Shown here in pieces: positions 46,436 through 57,900 of a stretch of 64,000 bases of DNA. The DNA comes from Candidatus Latescibacterota bacterium (GTDB lineage: Bacteria; Latescibacterota; UBA2968; GCA-2709665). Below the pieces are notes generated by a model. The model was given only the letters and a program-made list of their open reading frames with translations, made no database searches and was not told the DNA's origin. The stretch lies in NCBI GenBank assembly GCA_965203805.1, contig OZ241917.1, positions 5,216,001 to 5,280,000 on the forward strand, read 5' to 3'. The position numbers and the translations under genes were made by a program. Position 1 is the first letter of the stretch. Each line of letters begins with the position of its first letter.

Positions 46436-47377
46436 TCAAGGCGCCTGCGCCCCGACAGTCTCCACGTAGACCGAGAACAGCGATTGGGAGCAGGTCATGA
46501 ACAGCCTGTTCTTCTTTTCGCCGCCGAAGCAGAGGTTGGCGCAGGGGGCCGGGAGGTGGATCTTGCCGATGAGGGTTCCGTCGGGCGCGAAGCAGTGCAC
46601 ACCGTCGGTACCCTCGCCCGCCCAGCAGGCCCCGGCCCACAGGTTGCCGTCCACGTCGGTTCGGATTCCGTCCGCCGAGGCGGGCTCCATGTTGACGAAC
46701 ACGCGCCCGTTTGCGAGTCGGTCGCCGTCCACGTCGAACACGCGGATGTGGGCGGGGTATTCGGGGCCGTCGGAGCGCCCGGTGTCCACGATGTACAGCA
46801 GCGACTCGTCGGGGCTGAAGCACAGGCCGTTGGGCCGCTGGAAGTCTGAAACGACGACGATTGCCTCTCCGGTTTCCGGATCGAGACGGTACACGTTGGT
46901 GTCGTTCTCGAATTCGGCCTGATGCCCCTCGTAGTTCATCAGAATGCCGTAACCCGGGTCCGTGAACCAGATCGATCCGTCCGATCTGACCGCGGCGTCA
47001 TTCGGCGCATTCAGCGGCCTTCCCTCGAAGCGGTCCATCAGCACCGTAATCGAACCGTCATACTCCGTCCGGGTGACGCGACGCGCGTCGTGTTCGCACG
47101 ATACCAGCCGGCCCTGGCGGTCGCGCGTATTCCCGTTTGTGTTGTTCGACGGCTTGCGGAACACCGAGACCTCCCCCGTCTCTTCTTCCCATTTAAGGAT
47201 GCGGTTGTTGGGGATATCGCTGAACAGCAGATAGCGCCCGTCCCCGAACCACACCGGGCCTTCGAGCCACCGGCCGCCCGTCCAGAGCATTTCTATGGCG
47301 GCGGTTGAAAGCTTGTACTTCGCGAACCGGTCGTCGAGCACTTCGACCCGGCTGTCCGGATATCTCACGAGTTCCAT
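46436..47377 (-). CDS. SMP-30/gluconolactonase/LRE family protein
   Basis: WLEGPVW, FSDIPNNRI, LNAPND, FTDPGYG, PNGLCFSPDE, ADGIRTD, ANLCFGG. Confidence 0.93.
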   Translation of the reverse strand: MELVRYPDSRVEVLDDRFAKYKLSTAAIEMLWTGGRWLEGPVWFGDGRYLLFSDIPNNRILKWEEETGEVSVFRKPSNNTNGNTRDRQGRLVSCEHDARRVTRTEYDGSITVLMDRFEGRPLNAPNDAAVRSDGSIWFTDPGYGILMNYEGHQAEFENDTNVYRLDPETGEAIVVVSDFQRPNGLCFSPDESLLYIVDTGRSDGPEYPAHIRVFDVDGDRLANGRVFVNMEPASADGIRTDVDGNLWAGACWAGEGTDGVHCFAPDGTLIGKIHLPAPCANLCFGGEKKNRLFMTCSQSLFSVYVETVGAQAP

Positions 47378-47712
47378 GTCACTCTTCCCTGTTGATCGAC
47401 CGGTCTTGTTGTGGCTTCTGGGTCAATTCGCAATTCCTGGAAACCGCGTCCGACGTGCGAATCCGTCGTTGGCGGATTCTGAAGTCCAATCATATACGGT
47501 CCAATATGGGGATGGGTTGACGCCTTCGCCCGAAGTGCGGCCCCGCAGCAAATTGGGACACCAGCGGCGTTTTGTCAAACGAATTGGAGAACGTGGGGCC
47601 GCGCGCATAAACCACGAGGTTTCCGGGATCGGGGCCCCGGCGAGCTTGCTGCAAACGCCAGGCGGAGCGCCTGGTTTCCCCTGGAGACTGCTTCTCCTGA
47701 GATGGCCACACC

Positions 47713-47741
47713 TTGACAACTTTTCAGACGCCCTTTATATT
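47713..47741 (+). promoter_or_regulatory. Sigma70-type promoter
   Basis: TTGACA-N17-TATATT. Confidence 0.6.
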
Positions 47742-47924
47742 GAAAATTAGCACCGATGGAGTTTCCGAAGAGAGCCGGTAACCCGCCAACGCGCGCAGTC
47801 TTCATGTGGCTGCCCGCAAACCTGCGGACAGGTCCCGCCAATCCGTTTCCGACGCCTTGCGGCGACCTGTCACAATGGGCGTGCCGGGTCCGGCTGCAGA
47901 GCGTCAATTCGCGTCATCGCCGAC

Positions 47925-48881
47925 ATGACAACCCGTCAGAACATACCCGGAATAAGCCTGGTCACCGTGCTGCTTTGTTTATCCAACCCCGAACAACCAG
48001 GGTGCGGGGAGGCACGCGCTTCCGGACCGGCGTACCAGATGGTCAGCCGGCAGGAAATACTGCATGCCATGCGGCAGGCTGGCGATTACGATCCGACGGC
48101 GACGACGAACGGCGCCCGGTTCCAATGGGAAGTGATTTTCAATCTCGCGCACCGGGCGTGGGAGCGCGACCCGCATGGAGCGCCGCTGTTTATCGACTCG
48201 GAGGACTGGTTTCGGGCGTTTATGGAGACGACCGGACGGACGGAAGACGAAATGCCATTGTACGCGAGGCTGTCCTATGAATATAGGCAGCATTTGGATG
48301 TGGAATACAGAATGGATCGCGTGATCCGGAGGGTGATTGAAGGGCCGGCGCCTCGATTGGCTTTGAATGTCCGTATCTGGTGGGAAGATCGGGCGGACAA
48401 AGCGGATCGGTACTCATATCGGGATACGCTGGCAACACCCAATCTCAAGATTACGATTCGTCGGGTGATTTCGTACCGGCTGCTGGATCTTGGAGACTGG
48501 TTTGTTTGCGATCAAGTCAGGGGACTTAACGGACGTCCGACGTCAGGATTGTTGGGGTTTATCTTCCGGATTATCGGCGACGGTCGCATTGTACACTCCC
48601 GGATGGCAGTCTCAGCCGACGGTCTTCAGGTTGTCCGCGGGACGTCGAAGAAGGGGTTTATGTCAATGACGACCACCGCGACGATTTTTAGGGATGGAGA
48701 GATGATCAAGGATCTGCCGGATGGCCGGTCCGATCTGAAGGAACTGAAGAGACGCGTCAAACAGAAGCTGAAAGTCGAATACGTCGAACTACCCGAGGGC
48801 AACCTGGAGAAACCCGAAATCCCGGTAGAGAAACCCAAGGGCACGCCTATGGAGGAGCCTCATGAGCGAGCAGACAGGTGA
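47925..48881 (+). CDS. Hypothetical exported protein
   Basis: 318-aa ORF with hydrophobic N-terminus; overlaps the next gene. Confidence 0.7.
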   Translation: MTTRQNIPGISLVTVLLCLSNPEQPGCGEARASGPAYQMVSRQEILHAMRQAGDYDPTATTNGARFQWEVIFNLAHRAWERDPHGAPLFIDSEDWFRAFMETTGRTEDEMPLYARLSYEYRQHLDVEYRMDRVIRRVIEGPAPRLALNVRIWWEDRADKADRYSYRDTLATPNLKITIRRVISYRLLDLGDWFVCDQVRGLNGRPTSGLLGFIFRIIGDGRIVHSRMAVSADGLQVVRGTSKKGFMSMTTTATIFRDGEMIKDLPDGRSDLKELKRRVKQKLKVEYVELPEGNLEKPEIPVEKPKGTPMEEPHERADR

Positions 48882-49692
48882 CGCGAGATACACGATGGGA
48901 CGCAGCAAGGGTGAAGAGGAGCGGTTGATTCACCAGTCGCAACTGTACGACGCCATCACCCGGCGCTTTTTGAATGATGCGGGCGTCGGAAACGGGATGA
49001 AAGTCCTGGATATCGGCTGCGGTCCCGGCGACGTCTCCCTGACGGCGGCTGAACTGGTGGGTCCCGCTGGAAGCGTCGTGGGCGTGGACGTCAATCCGGA
49101 CATCATTGGCACCGCCCGGGACCGTGCGCACAGTGCGGGCTTCTCCAACGTCGAATTCAGGACGGGCGACGCGCGGACGCTGGACGTGGGAAGCGACTTC
49201 GACGTGCTGACGGGCAGGCTGGTGCTGATGTATATGGGCGACCCCGCGGAAGCCCTGAGACAGTTGACAGCCAGGCTGCGGCCGGGCGGAATCGTGGCTT
49301 TCCAGGAGGCCGATTTCAGCGACTATCACAAGCGAGCCGACACGCCGGTGGCGAACGATCTCATCGAATGGGCCATTTCCGTTTTCAAACGTTCCGGCGC
49401 GCACATTGAGATGGGCTTAAACCTGTTCGGCGCGTTTGTAGACGCGGGACTGCCCGAGCCGGAAATGCATCTCGCGGCGCCGGTTGGCGGGCCGGAGAAC
49501 TGGACGGGGTACCGGTTCGTTGTTGAAGCATTTCGCAGCCTCGTTCCGCTGATGGAAGAGTTCGGGATCGCAACAGCCGAAGAGGTCGATCTGGATACGC
49601 TGGCAGAAAGGCTCCGAAACGAGGTGGTGGCGACAAAACGCGCGTTCATGCTCCCGCCCCACGTGACCGCGTGGGCAGTGCTCCCGGACTGA
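48862..49692 (+). CDS. Class I SAM-dependent methyltransferase
   Basis: VLDIGCGPG, VVGVDVN, LRPGG; RBS GGAGG. Confidence 0.92.
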   Translation: MSEQTGDARYTMGRSKGEEERLIHQSQLYDAITRRFLNDAGVGNGMKVLDIGCGPGDVSLTAAELVGPAGSVVGVDVNPDIIGTARDRAHSAGFSNVEFRTGDARTLDVGSDFDVLTGRLVLMYMGDPAEALRQLTARLRPGGIVAFQEADFSDYHKRADTPVANDLIEWAISVFKRSGAHIEMGLNLFGAFVDAGLPEPEMHLAAPVGGPENWTGYRFVVEAFRSLVPLMEEFGIATAEEVDLDTLAERLRNEVVATKRAFMLPPHVTAWAVLPD

Positions 49693-49782
49693 CTCGCTCT
49701 GCTCCGAGTATGTGACATGATTTCGCCGGGTCGACAAATGTGTCGCCCCGGCGTTGTCTTGTACCTCGATCCAATGTCCAGT

Positions 49783-51099
49783 CTAAGGCGTTCGCCCGGC
49801 CGCGCGGATGCCTTCTTTTTCGTCCACCCACTTCAGAACCACGCTTCCCGCCACGAACAACACCGCCACAATCGAGACCCCGGCGCGCTGGGACTGAAAG
49901 ACGCGCGTGAGTTCCCCGAGGGCCAGGGGGCCGAGAAACGCGGTGGCTTTTCCCGAAAAGGCGAACAGGCCGAAAAACTCGTTCTCCTTTTCCGGCGGGA
50001 CAAACCGTCCCAGGAGCGAACGGCTGGCGGACTGGTTCGGTCCGGCGAAAAACCCAACCATGATGCCCGAAACCCAGAAGACGGTCTTGCTGTGGGTGAA
50101 GACGGCCAGCAGCGTCGCGACGATGAGGAATACGAGGCTGATCTGGATGGTGCGTTTGCCGCCCAGCAGATCGTCGAAGAAACCCATCACAAATGCCCCG
50201 GTTCCGGCGGCGACATTCAGGACAATCCCGAAGATCATGATTTCGGTAAACGTGAAGCCGAAGGTGCCGGCCGCGTAGATGCCCCCGAAGGCGAAGATGG
50301 TAATGAGCCCGTCGTTGTATACGAGGCGGGCGATGAGTAATTTGATGATTTCCTTATATTGCCTGGCCTCTCTGAACGTACGCGTAAGTTGACGATAGGA
50401 GGCAGCCAGGAGCCCGCGCACCGGAGTGACGGGGGCTTTTTTTTCGCTCACCCAGAGGAAGATGGGGATACTGAAAAACGCGAACCACACGGCAACGAGC
50501 AGATTGGTTGCGCGGATATTGGCGCCGGCCTCCTTCGTGAAACCGAACCAGGGTGTTTCGGCGCTGACGAATCCGACCATGGCGATACCCATGGCCAGCA
50601 GGCCGCCGATATAGCCCAGGCCCCATCCGTAGCCGGAGATACGGCCGATGTACTCCCTGGGGGCGATGTCCGGAAGAAAAGCATTGTAGAAGACGTTCCC
50701 CATTTCAAAGGCAAAGTTCGCGATGGCGAACCAGAAGAGCGCCTTCATAACCTGGCCCGGCGTTGCCGTATAGAGGACAGTTGTGGCGATGACGGCGATG
50801 ACGGTGGAGAGGAGGAGGAAACCCTTCCGGTATCCCCCCCGGTCGGCAAGCGCGCCCGCCAGCGGCGAAACCAGGGCCACCGCGATGGCGGAGAAGGTAA
50901 CCCCTCTGGACCAGAGCGTGGTGCCGATGATCTCACTCGACGCGAGGGACTTCACAAAGTACGTGGAATAGATGAAGGTCACCACGAGCGTGGTGAAGGC
51001 GGAGTTGGCGAAATCGTACATCGCCCACGACGCCACGGTCTTTTTGTCGATCTTGTTCAAGTGCGGGCGGACCCTTCTCAAAAACGCAGGGGCGACCAC
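49783..51099 (-). CDS. MFS transporter (UMF1/ATG22-like)
   Basis: SWAMYDFANSAF, GRISGYGWGLGYIGG, QSASRSL, EFFGL; multiple TM helices. Confidence 0.92.
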   Translation of the reverse strand: MVAPAFLRRVRPHLNKIDKKTVASWAMYDFANSAFTTLVVTFIYSTYFVKSLASSEIIGTTLWSRGVTFSAIAVALVSPLAGALADRGGYRKGFLLLSTVIAVIATTVLYTATPGQVMKALFWFAIANFAFEMGNVFYNAFLPDIAPREYIGRISGYGWGLGYIGGLLAMGIAMVGFVSAETPWFGFTKEAGANIRATNLLVAVWFAFFSIPIFLWVSEKKAPVTPVRGLLAASYRQLTRTFREARQYKEIIKLLIARLVYNDGLITIFAFGGIYAAGTFGFTFTEIMIFGIVLNVAAGTGAFVMGFFDDLLGGKRTIQISLVFLIVATLLAVFTHSKTVFWVSGIMVGFFAGPNQSASRSLLGRFVPPEKENEFFGLFAFSGKATAFLGPLALGELTRVFQSQRAGVSIVAVLFVAGSVVLKWVDEKEGIRAAGRTP

Positions 51100-51199
51100 A
51101 AGTGTCGCCCCTGCGTTGAATAAACCGTCTCTGAACGATCTCGCTTGGCTGTATCGTTAACCGGCTTAAGCTGACTGCTGAGAGCTGAAAGCCTATCGC

Positions 51200-54082
51200 T
51201 TAGAAGTCCGCCGTCAGTCCAACGGACACGAGGCGGCCGATCTTCGGGGCCCCGACGAATTCATTGTGTTTCTGGTTGAACATGTTGGAGGCGTTGGCGA
51301 CGAGCGCCACGGTTCCATCCGTCATCACGGACGGCAGTTCGTATCTCACATTTGCGTCGAAGACCAGGGCGGACTTGACGTCGCCGATGTAGACGCCGGA
51401 GTTCATTGGAAATCCGCTGCGTCCGCGGAGACGGAACCCGATCCGGATCCCCGGATCCTGCATGTTGGCCGTTGCGCCCAGGGTGAATTTGTTTCGAGGC
51501 GCGTTGAGCGCGATATCCGCAATGCCGCCCAGGTTCTTGAAGAGGTCCTTGTTGACGTGGGAGTAACTGCCCGAGAAGGTCCACGTTTCGTCGGCGTAAT
51601 AGGCAAAGCTGGCGTCGAATCCGTAGAATTCCACGTCGCCGAAGTTACGATAGGTCACCATGACCGCGTGGGGATCCGTAGCCTGAAGGGGTGAAACAGT
51701 GCCGAAAGGGATAAATGCGGCGCCGTTGTCGGCTGTGCCGGCTACGAAGAGACGGGTAATTTCATCTATGGGGGTGTTGTTGCCATTGCCGCCCTGTTCC
51801 GGCGCATCGAGCACGCCAAGGGCTACGGCCAGGAGCGCCGCTGAGGGGTCCTGGAGGGCCTGGGCGAGAGCGGCGGACAGCGAGGCCGCGAGTGCGTCTG
51901 GATCCAGGAAGACGTTCGGCGTTTCCACGCGCAGCGGCGCCACGAAGTCGTGGGTGCGGGTACGGTAAACGTCCGCCGCGATGGCGAACCGGTTGCCGAA
52001 GATTCCCTTGTAGCCGACTTCGTAGGTTTCCGTAATCGTGGGTCTGATCTTCTCAATATCCCGTATGGTCGAAGCGCCCAGGTCCGGAACCGGGTCGAAG
52101 GCTGCCGTTGTCGGATTCAGAGTCCTGAGGGTGTTCCGGAGGCCGGGAAGGGTCTGCGGTATGATGTTTTGAAAACCTGCAGCCAGCGCCTCCACCTGCG
52201 CGGCCGCTATGGTTGGAATCTGTTCCGCCGGAACCCCGGCGGCCGTGAGTTGCCCGGTAATCAAAGTGGTTGCAAGTTGCTTCAGGGTTGGAAGGGCCGC
52301 GGCCATGACCGCGCTTCGACCGATCCCCCACATGACGTTGCTGAATCTCGCGTCGTTCATCCCGATTTGGTGTGAAGGCGAGAGGCCGATCACCTGGGCG
52401 AACGGCGACCGGAAAGTTGGCACGCCGCTGGCGTCGCGGCTCCATGTAAATCCATTCTTGGTGCCCTGTGCGCGGACGTCGAATCCTGGGCTGAATCCCA
52501 GGACCGGTTGAAAGGCGCGACCTGTACCGAAGGCGTCCCTGGCCTGGACGATGTCCAGGAAGAAGTTGCCCGCGGATGGCGTACTGAACGCCCTGTTGTA
52601 CGTCAGCCGGAAGGTCTGAAGAGGATCCGGTTTGAAGACAACGGCGCCGCGGGGAGAGAAGACGCGCTCGTCGACGTGGTTATGGTCGTCCCACCGGGCG
52701 GCCCCCAATACGGTAACCTGTTCGTTCAGGCTGATCTCGCCCTGCGCGTAAGCCCCGAATTCGTCGATGTTGTCGCGGGTCTCGTTGGCGCCGTTTATTG
52801 TGCCTCCGGTATTCGGGCGCGTGAACAGGCCGTCGACTCCGTAGGTAATCCGACTGCGGTCCGCCACGCTCAGGCTGTGCTGGGCCTGCAGGACCGTAAA
52901 GGTTGACGTATCTACGATGGGGTCGTTCGTCCGGAGGAGTTTGGTATCACCGGCGTCGCTGGCATTGTGAAAGGCCTGAACGAAAATGTCTTTGAAAAGC
53001 ACGCGGCCCTGTACGAAGTAATTCGCCCACCCGTCGGCCTGTCCCGCGCCGATACCCGTCATTTCAATGCTGTTGATCCGGGCGAAGCCGGTTGAAAAAA
53101 TGCCCGTAAGGTCCTCGGTCGGGCGGACGTCGAGGCGCAATTCCCCGCTGATTCGGCTAACGTCGTAGTCCCTTGGATTCCGGCCGCGCAGCCGCACCTC
53201 TTCCGGGTCTTCGTGTTCCCAATCGGTTCCGGAGAAGTACTGTCCTGAGAGTTTCACACCGAACTGTTCCGTGGTTGCCGCGTGCCGGAAGGAGAGTTTC
53301 CGCAGGTCGCGTTCGCCGCCCATCACGCTGACGGACGTGCCTTCAGAGTCGAAGGGCGATCGAGTGACGATATGCATCACGCCGTTTGCGCTGTTTGGGC
53401 CGTAAAGGGCCGACCCCGGTCCCAGAACGACCTCGACGCGATCGACGTCGTGGTTCGTAATGGGAATGAAGTGATGCGCGTTGAACCGGAGAGAAGGCAC
53501 ACGGGAAATTCGGTTGTCCACCAGGGTAAGCAGCGTTCCGGAGAAGACGTTGTTGAACCCTCGCGCCACAGTGTTGGCCTGGAAAAGGCCGGTCTGGGCG
53601 TTGTCCACGCCCGCAAGCCCAACGATATAATCCGCAGCGCTGAGACCGCGCTGGGACTGTACGGCGTCGGACTCAACGACCGCGACCGAGGCCGGCGCGT
53701 CAAGGACCTTTTCCCGCCGGCGCGACGCAGAGACGATGATCTGGTCGCCGTAAAGGATCTCCACCGCCAGGCGGAAGTCGAGATTGACCTCGCCGCCTTC
53801 GGAAATGCGGACGCTGCTCCGGGTGGCGGTCTGGTATCCGACAAAGGATACCGAGACTTCATAGACGCCGTCCGGAAGATTCCCGGCCTCGTACATACCG
53901 TTCTCTTCGGACACCACGGTCAGTGGACCGGAAAGCGCGGAACCCTGGACGATGACGTTGGCGCCGAATAGAGGCTCACCATCGTTGCTGGTGATTTGTC
54001 CCTTGATGGCGCCCGCGCCGTGGGCGAAGGCAGGGGTGACCAGGCACAGAAGCAGGGCCAGTGCGGACCGTACGGATGACAT
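51200..54082 (-). CDS. TonB-dependent receptor with carboxypeptidase-regulatory-like N-terminal domain
   Basis: Signal peptide MSSVRSALALLLCL; IVSASRR, RVEVVLGPGSALYG plug; terminal Phe. Start reassigned to 54082 (RBS AAGGAG). Confidence 0.93.
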   Translation of the reverse strand: MSSVRSALALLLCLVTPAFAHGAGAIKGQITSNDGEPLFGANVIVQGSALSGPLTVVSEENGMYEAGNLPDGVYEVSVSFVGYQTATRSSVRISEGGEVNLDFRLAVEILYGDQIIVSASRRREKVLDAPASVAVVESDAVQSQRGLSAADYIVGLAGVDNAQTGLFQANTVARGFNNVFSGTLLTLVDNRISRVPSLRFNAHHFIPITNHDVDRVEVVLGPGSALYGPNSANGVMHIVTRSPFDSEGTSVSVMGGERDLRKLSFRHAATTEQFGVKLSGQYFSGTDWEHEDPEEVRLRGRNPRDYDVSRISGELRLDVRPTEDLTGIFSTGFARINSIEMTGIGAGQADGWANYFVQGRVLFKDIFVQAFHNASDAGDTKLLRTNDPIVDTSTFTVLQAQHSLSVADRSRITYGVDGLFTRPNTGGTINGANETRDNIDEFGAYAQGEISLNEQVTVLGAARWDDHNHVDERVFSPRGAVVFKPDPLQTFRLTYNRAFSTPSAGNFFLDIVQARDAFGTGRAFQPVLGFSPGFDVRAQGTKNGFTWSRDASGVPTFRSPFAQVIGLSPSHQIGMNDARFSNVMWGIGRSAVMAAALPTLKQLATTLITGQLTAAGVPAEQIPTIAAAQVEALAAGFQNIIPQTLPGLRNTLRTLNPTTAAFDPVPDLGASTIRDIEKIRPTITETYEVGYKGIFGNRFAIAADVYRTRTHDFVAPLRVETPNVFLDPDALAASLSAALAQALQDPSAALLAVALGVLDAPEQGGNGNNTPIDEITRLFVAGTADNGAAFIPFGTVSPLQATDPHAVMVTYRNFGDVEFYGFDASFAYYADETWTFSGSYSHVNKDLFKNLGGIADIALNAPRNKFTLGATANMQDPGIRIGFRLRGRSGFPMNSGVYIGDVKSALVFDANVRYELPSVMTDGTVALVANASNMFNQKHNEFVGAPKIGRLVSVGLTADF

Positions 54083-54189
54083 ACACTCACTCCTTGCGTT
54101 TGAAGTTCGGATTTTCGGCTCGTGTGAGGATGATGGACGAATCCGGGAAACGCAGGGTCCCGTTCCGGAGATATGTTGCCATTCAACCG

Positions 54190-54750
54190 TCACGTTCCAT
54201 CGCGGCATTCCGCGTTGGCGAGCGCCGCTTTGATGGCGCCCGCCAGCGGTTCCGGAGAAGCCAGATATTGCCGAGTGCTCGAGAAGACGCGGCCGCCGAT
54301 CGGTTCGCCTGCAAGCCTTGGAATCAGCTGGAAGTGAAGATGAGAAAGCGGTCCGGAACACATGGTGACCTGGTAGACCTTGTCGCAGCCGGTAGCCGTT
54401 TTCAGCGCGCGGGTCAGCCGGAGCATGACCGCCATCAATTCCATTCCCAATGCTTCCGACAGGCCGGCGATATCCGGGACGTGCGGCCTGGTGACAACGA
54501 TCGTGTGACCCAGGCCGCGCGGGTATTGCTCGAGGAACGCGAAACAGCGCTCGTTTTCGAACAACAGCGCGCCGTCCGAGTTCGACGTTGCATCTCCGCC
54601 GGCGATCCAGTGACAGGTGTGGCACACACCCTGCTCGATAAGCCGGTTCCATCCGCGACCACGTTCCGCACGCTTGTGCACTTCGTGTTCCGTGGCCGGC
54701 CTTATACAGCCTTTTAGACGATCGAGATCCACAGGGTTACGGTCCGGCAT
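54190..54750 (-). CDS. HIT-family protein
   Basis: CHTC, PRGLGHTIVV, HLHFQLIPR. Confidence 0.85.
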   Translation of the reverse strand: MPDRNPVDLDRLKGCIRPATEHEVHKRAERGRGWNRLIEQGVCHTCHWIAGGDATSNSDGALLFENERCFAFLEQYPRGLGHTIVVTRPHVPDIAGLSEALGMELMAVMLRLTRALKTATGCDKVYQVTMCSGPLSHLHFQLIPRLAGEPIGGRVFSSTRQYLASPEPLAGAIKAALANAECRDGT

Positions 54751-54799
54751 CTATTCTCAAGTGTCGAGAATTGCGACGGTCGTTTCCTTAATATAAGGG

Positions 54800-54828
54800 A
54801 TTATAATTTTTCTGCCCGTAAAAATCAA
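54800..54828 (-). promoter_or_regulatory. Sigma70-type promoter of the HIT gene
   Basis: TTGATT-N17-TATAAT. Confidence 0.6.
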
Positions 54829-54928
54829 TATTGTTGCAAGTTGCCCGCAGGATGGCATCCAACCATGATTCGCTCGGGGGCGTTTTACGGACGATCGAGA
54901 TCCGGACGATGCCGCCCGGCGTTGTCGC

Positions 54929-57900
54929 CTACGGAACCGCGATTCTTCCCAGGTACTCCCTGAGCTTGGGCGGAACGTGTTTTCGTATCAGGCTCTTCTC
55001 CAGCGTCCAGGCCGTTTCGGGGTCGAGTTTTGTCTCGAAGTGAACTGCTTTGCCTTCGTACCTGGCAACGGGCTCTCCGTCACGGTAGAGGATCCGGTTT
55101 CCCGGCGTTGCCGGGAGTCGCTTGCCCGGCGTCACGATCCCGACCAGATTGACCGGATCGCAGGCGCTGACCGACACGAGTTCTCCCCGTTTCTTCTCCC
55201 GCTTGAGCGACCGGATGACGGTGATCGCCTCCGGGAGCGCATACTGCTCTCCCCAGCGCTCCACGAATCGGCCTCCCCTCACCTCCCCCCGATCCTCCAT
55301 CCGTCTCAGTACCCGTACCAGATCGCGCCACGGCGGAATGCCGGTTTCTCTGGCCAGTACCCGCCGGAACACAACCCCGTAACGCTTCAGCAGAATCCGC
55401 GCACACTTTTCAATATCGGCGGGGTCTTCGGTTTCAGCCTGGATCACGGACCATCGGCCGGCCTGCTCCATGCCGAAGACGGGCCCCCGGTTGCGGCGGG
55501 ACCGCACCTTGAATTTCTCGGGTATCAGAAGCGCCCGTAATCCGGCAAAGCTGTCGCACGTGAGCAATCCGGCCGCGACCAGCTCGGCAATGGCGCTTTC
55601 TACTTCGCTCTTGAGCATTTTCGACCGGGCGATGATGTCGTGGTAAAACAGCGCGCCGCCGGCCTCCAGACACTCGAGCACCCTTTGCGCGGACGGCGTC
55701 AGCACCGGATCACAGGACTCCGGGGGGCGGAACGGCCAGGCCACGAATGTGGCCCGGTTGACCAGGGTGATCGGCGTGGTGCGAATGGGGGTGTTCCCGG
55801 CCCGGTTGTTTTGCACCCTGAGATAGCGGCCCCACATCGTTTTTCCGGACAGGCAGCAGGTATCCAGCCAGTTGTGGTCGTAGTCCTTGATGCGGGAAGG
55901 CAGGATGTCGCTCTCCCAGGCGATGGCCGGACAGGAAAATCCGTCGAGTTGGTCCAAAGCACCGTTGAGCGCTTCGGCGCCTTCTTTCCGCGCGCCCCCG
56001 GTCAGGCCGTGCCAGCGGAGAAGAAACCGTATGTAATCGGCGGAGGAAATGGGCTTGATTGCCCGGCGCAGCTTTTCGAGCGTATATCTGTGGATGCGCG
56101 CCAGCAGGCGTCGTTCGCACCATTCCGTTTCCGCGTCCGCAGGCAGGTCCGGCGAGAAGTGGCCCCTGATCGCGAAGCCCTCGGTCTCGAGTGCGACGAG
56201 CGCCTGGTCGATCCTATGCGTGGGCAGGCCCATATCGCTTGAGATTGCGGAAGCGGTCGTGGGCCCGAGCAGTTCCAGCCTGCCCCGGATCACGTCCGTG
56301 AGCACCTGCTCCGGATCCTCCGACGAAAACTCTCGAATTGAATCGTGGACCACAGTCGCGCCGGCGTTGACGGCTTCCGGGTACAGGACCTGAAACTGCG
56401 GAATCCGTTCGACGGCAATCCAGAGTTTCGGGCCGCCCGCGGGTTCCACGGACGCCGCCTGGCCCGATTCGATCAGGGACGACAGGAGCGGGCGCCATCT
56501 CCCGTCGCCGCTTTCCGACATTTCGCTATCGGTCAGAAACCCGTGCATCACCAGAACGTCATACAGCTCATCCGCATCGGTAACGTCCGGCCAGGCCTCC
56601 GCCCGAACCGCCTGGATAGCGCCTTTCTCGAGCTTGCCCAGCTTTCTGGCGTCTTCGGGTTCCAGCCGCCTGCGCGTCCGGACAGCCTGTACCCGCCTTT
56701 CCTCCAGAGGGGCGTCATCCAGAAACGCGTACGGCCGCGCGTTGAGGATGCTTTCGGACATCGGCGAAGGCTCGCGCAGGTCGCGGGCCAACACTTCGAT
56801 GTCGCCGGTGTGTATCCGCTGGAGGAGGCCTTCCAGGGCGTCCACGTCCATCGCCTCGTGGAGACAGTCGTGAATGGTCTGGTAGACGAGGGGATGGTCG
56901 GGCACCTCGCGGTCGCCCGGGATATTCTCCAGGCAGGCGAGTTGGTCGGGAAAAATCAGGGCCAGCAGGTCCTCCGCGTCGGAACGCTGGATCTGAGGCG
57001 GAACCCTCTCTCCTCCCCTTCGTCTGAGCACGGCCAGCGCGGTGGAGGCGTTCCACCGCCAGCGCGCCTGGAACATCGGCGCGTCCAGCAGGGCCTGCAC
57101 GAGGACCTCGCGGACCGTCCGGTCATTCAGATAGTCGACCACTTCCTTGAGAGGGAAACTGTGCGTGGGTCCGAGGGAGAGCACCAGACTCTCCTCGTTG
57201 GCCGCAGCCTGGAGTTCGAAGTTGAACTTGCGGCAGAACCGTTTTCGAAGCGCGAGCCCCCACGCCCGGTTCAGCCGGTTTCCGAAGACCGAATGAATGA
57301 CGAGGTGCTGGTCCCCCACTTCGTCGAAGAAACGCTCGAGGACGATGTGTTTCTGGGACGGTACCAGGTCCAGGGATGCCTTTGTTGCAGCCAGATACGT
57401 GACCACCTGATCGGCCGCATCCGCGGTCGTGCCGACGTCGTCCGTCAGCCATGCGGCGGCATCCCGTTTCCACTCGCCTGACGCCTCGTCGTCGATTTGT
57501 CCGAGATCGATTCGCGCAGACACTTCCTCACGGACGCGGGAAACCGCGGTTGACAGTTCCGCTGACCTCCCCGGGGCTTCGCCGATCCAGAACGGCATGG
57601 TGGGCGGAAGCCCGTCGGCGTCTTCGACGCGAACCTTGCCCGTCTCCACTTTGAGAATTCGCCAGGAGGCCGTGCCCAGCTGGAAGATGTCCCCCGGAAG
57701 GCTCTCGACGGCAAAATCCTCGTGGACCGAGCCGATCTGAACTCCCGAGGGTTCGAGCCGCACGTCGTAGTCGAACTGGTCGGGAATGGTTCCTCCGGAG
57801 ACCGTCGCGTTGAGGCGGGCGCCTTTTTTCGCCCGCAACGTCTGTGTGACGGGATTGAAGTGGAGATACGACCGCCTCGTGCCCCTTCTGAACGTGAATC

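Noticed and set aside
47748-47830. Possible fluoride or cobalamin riboswitch in a long leader (CGATGGAGTT)
   Set aside because: No P1 pairing or GCTRATGACTCC pseudoknot partner; no cobalamin B12-box seen.
54083-54652. N-terminal extension of the TonB receptor ORF
   Set aside because: Overlaps the HIT gene; the signal peptide and RBS place the start at 54082.
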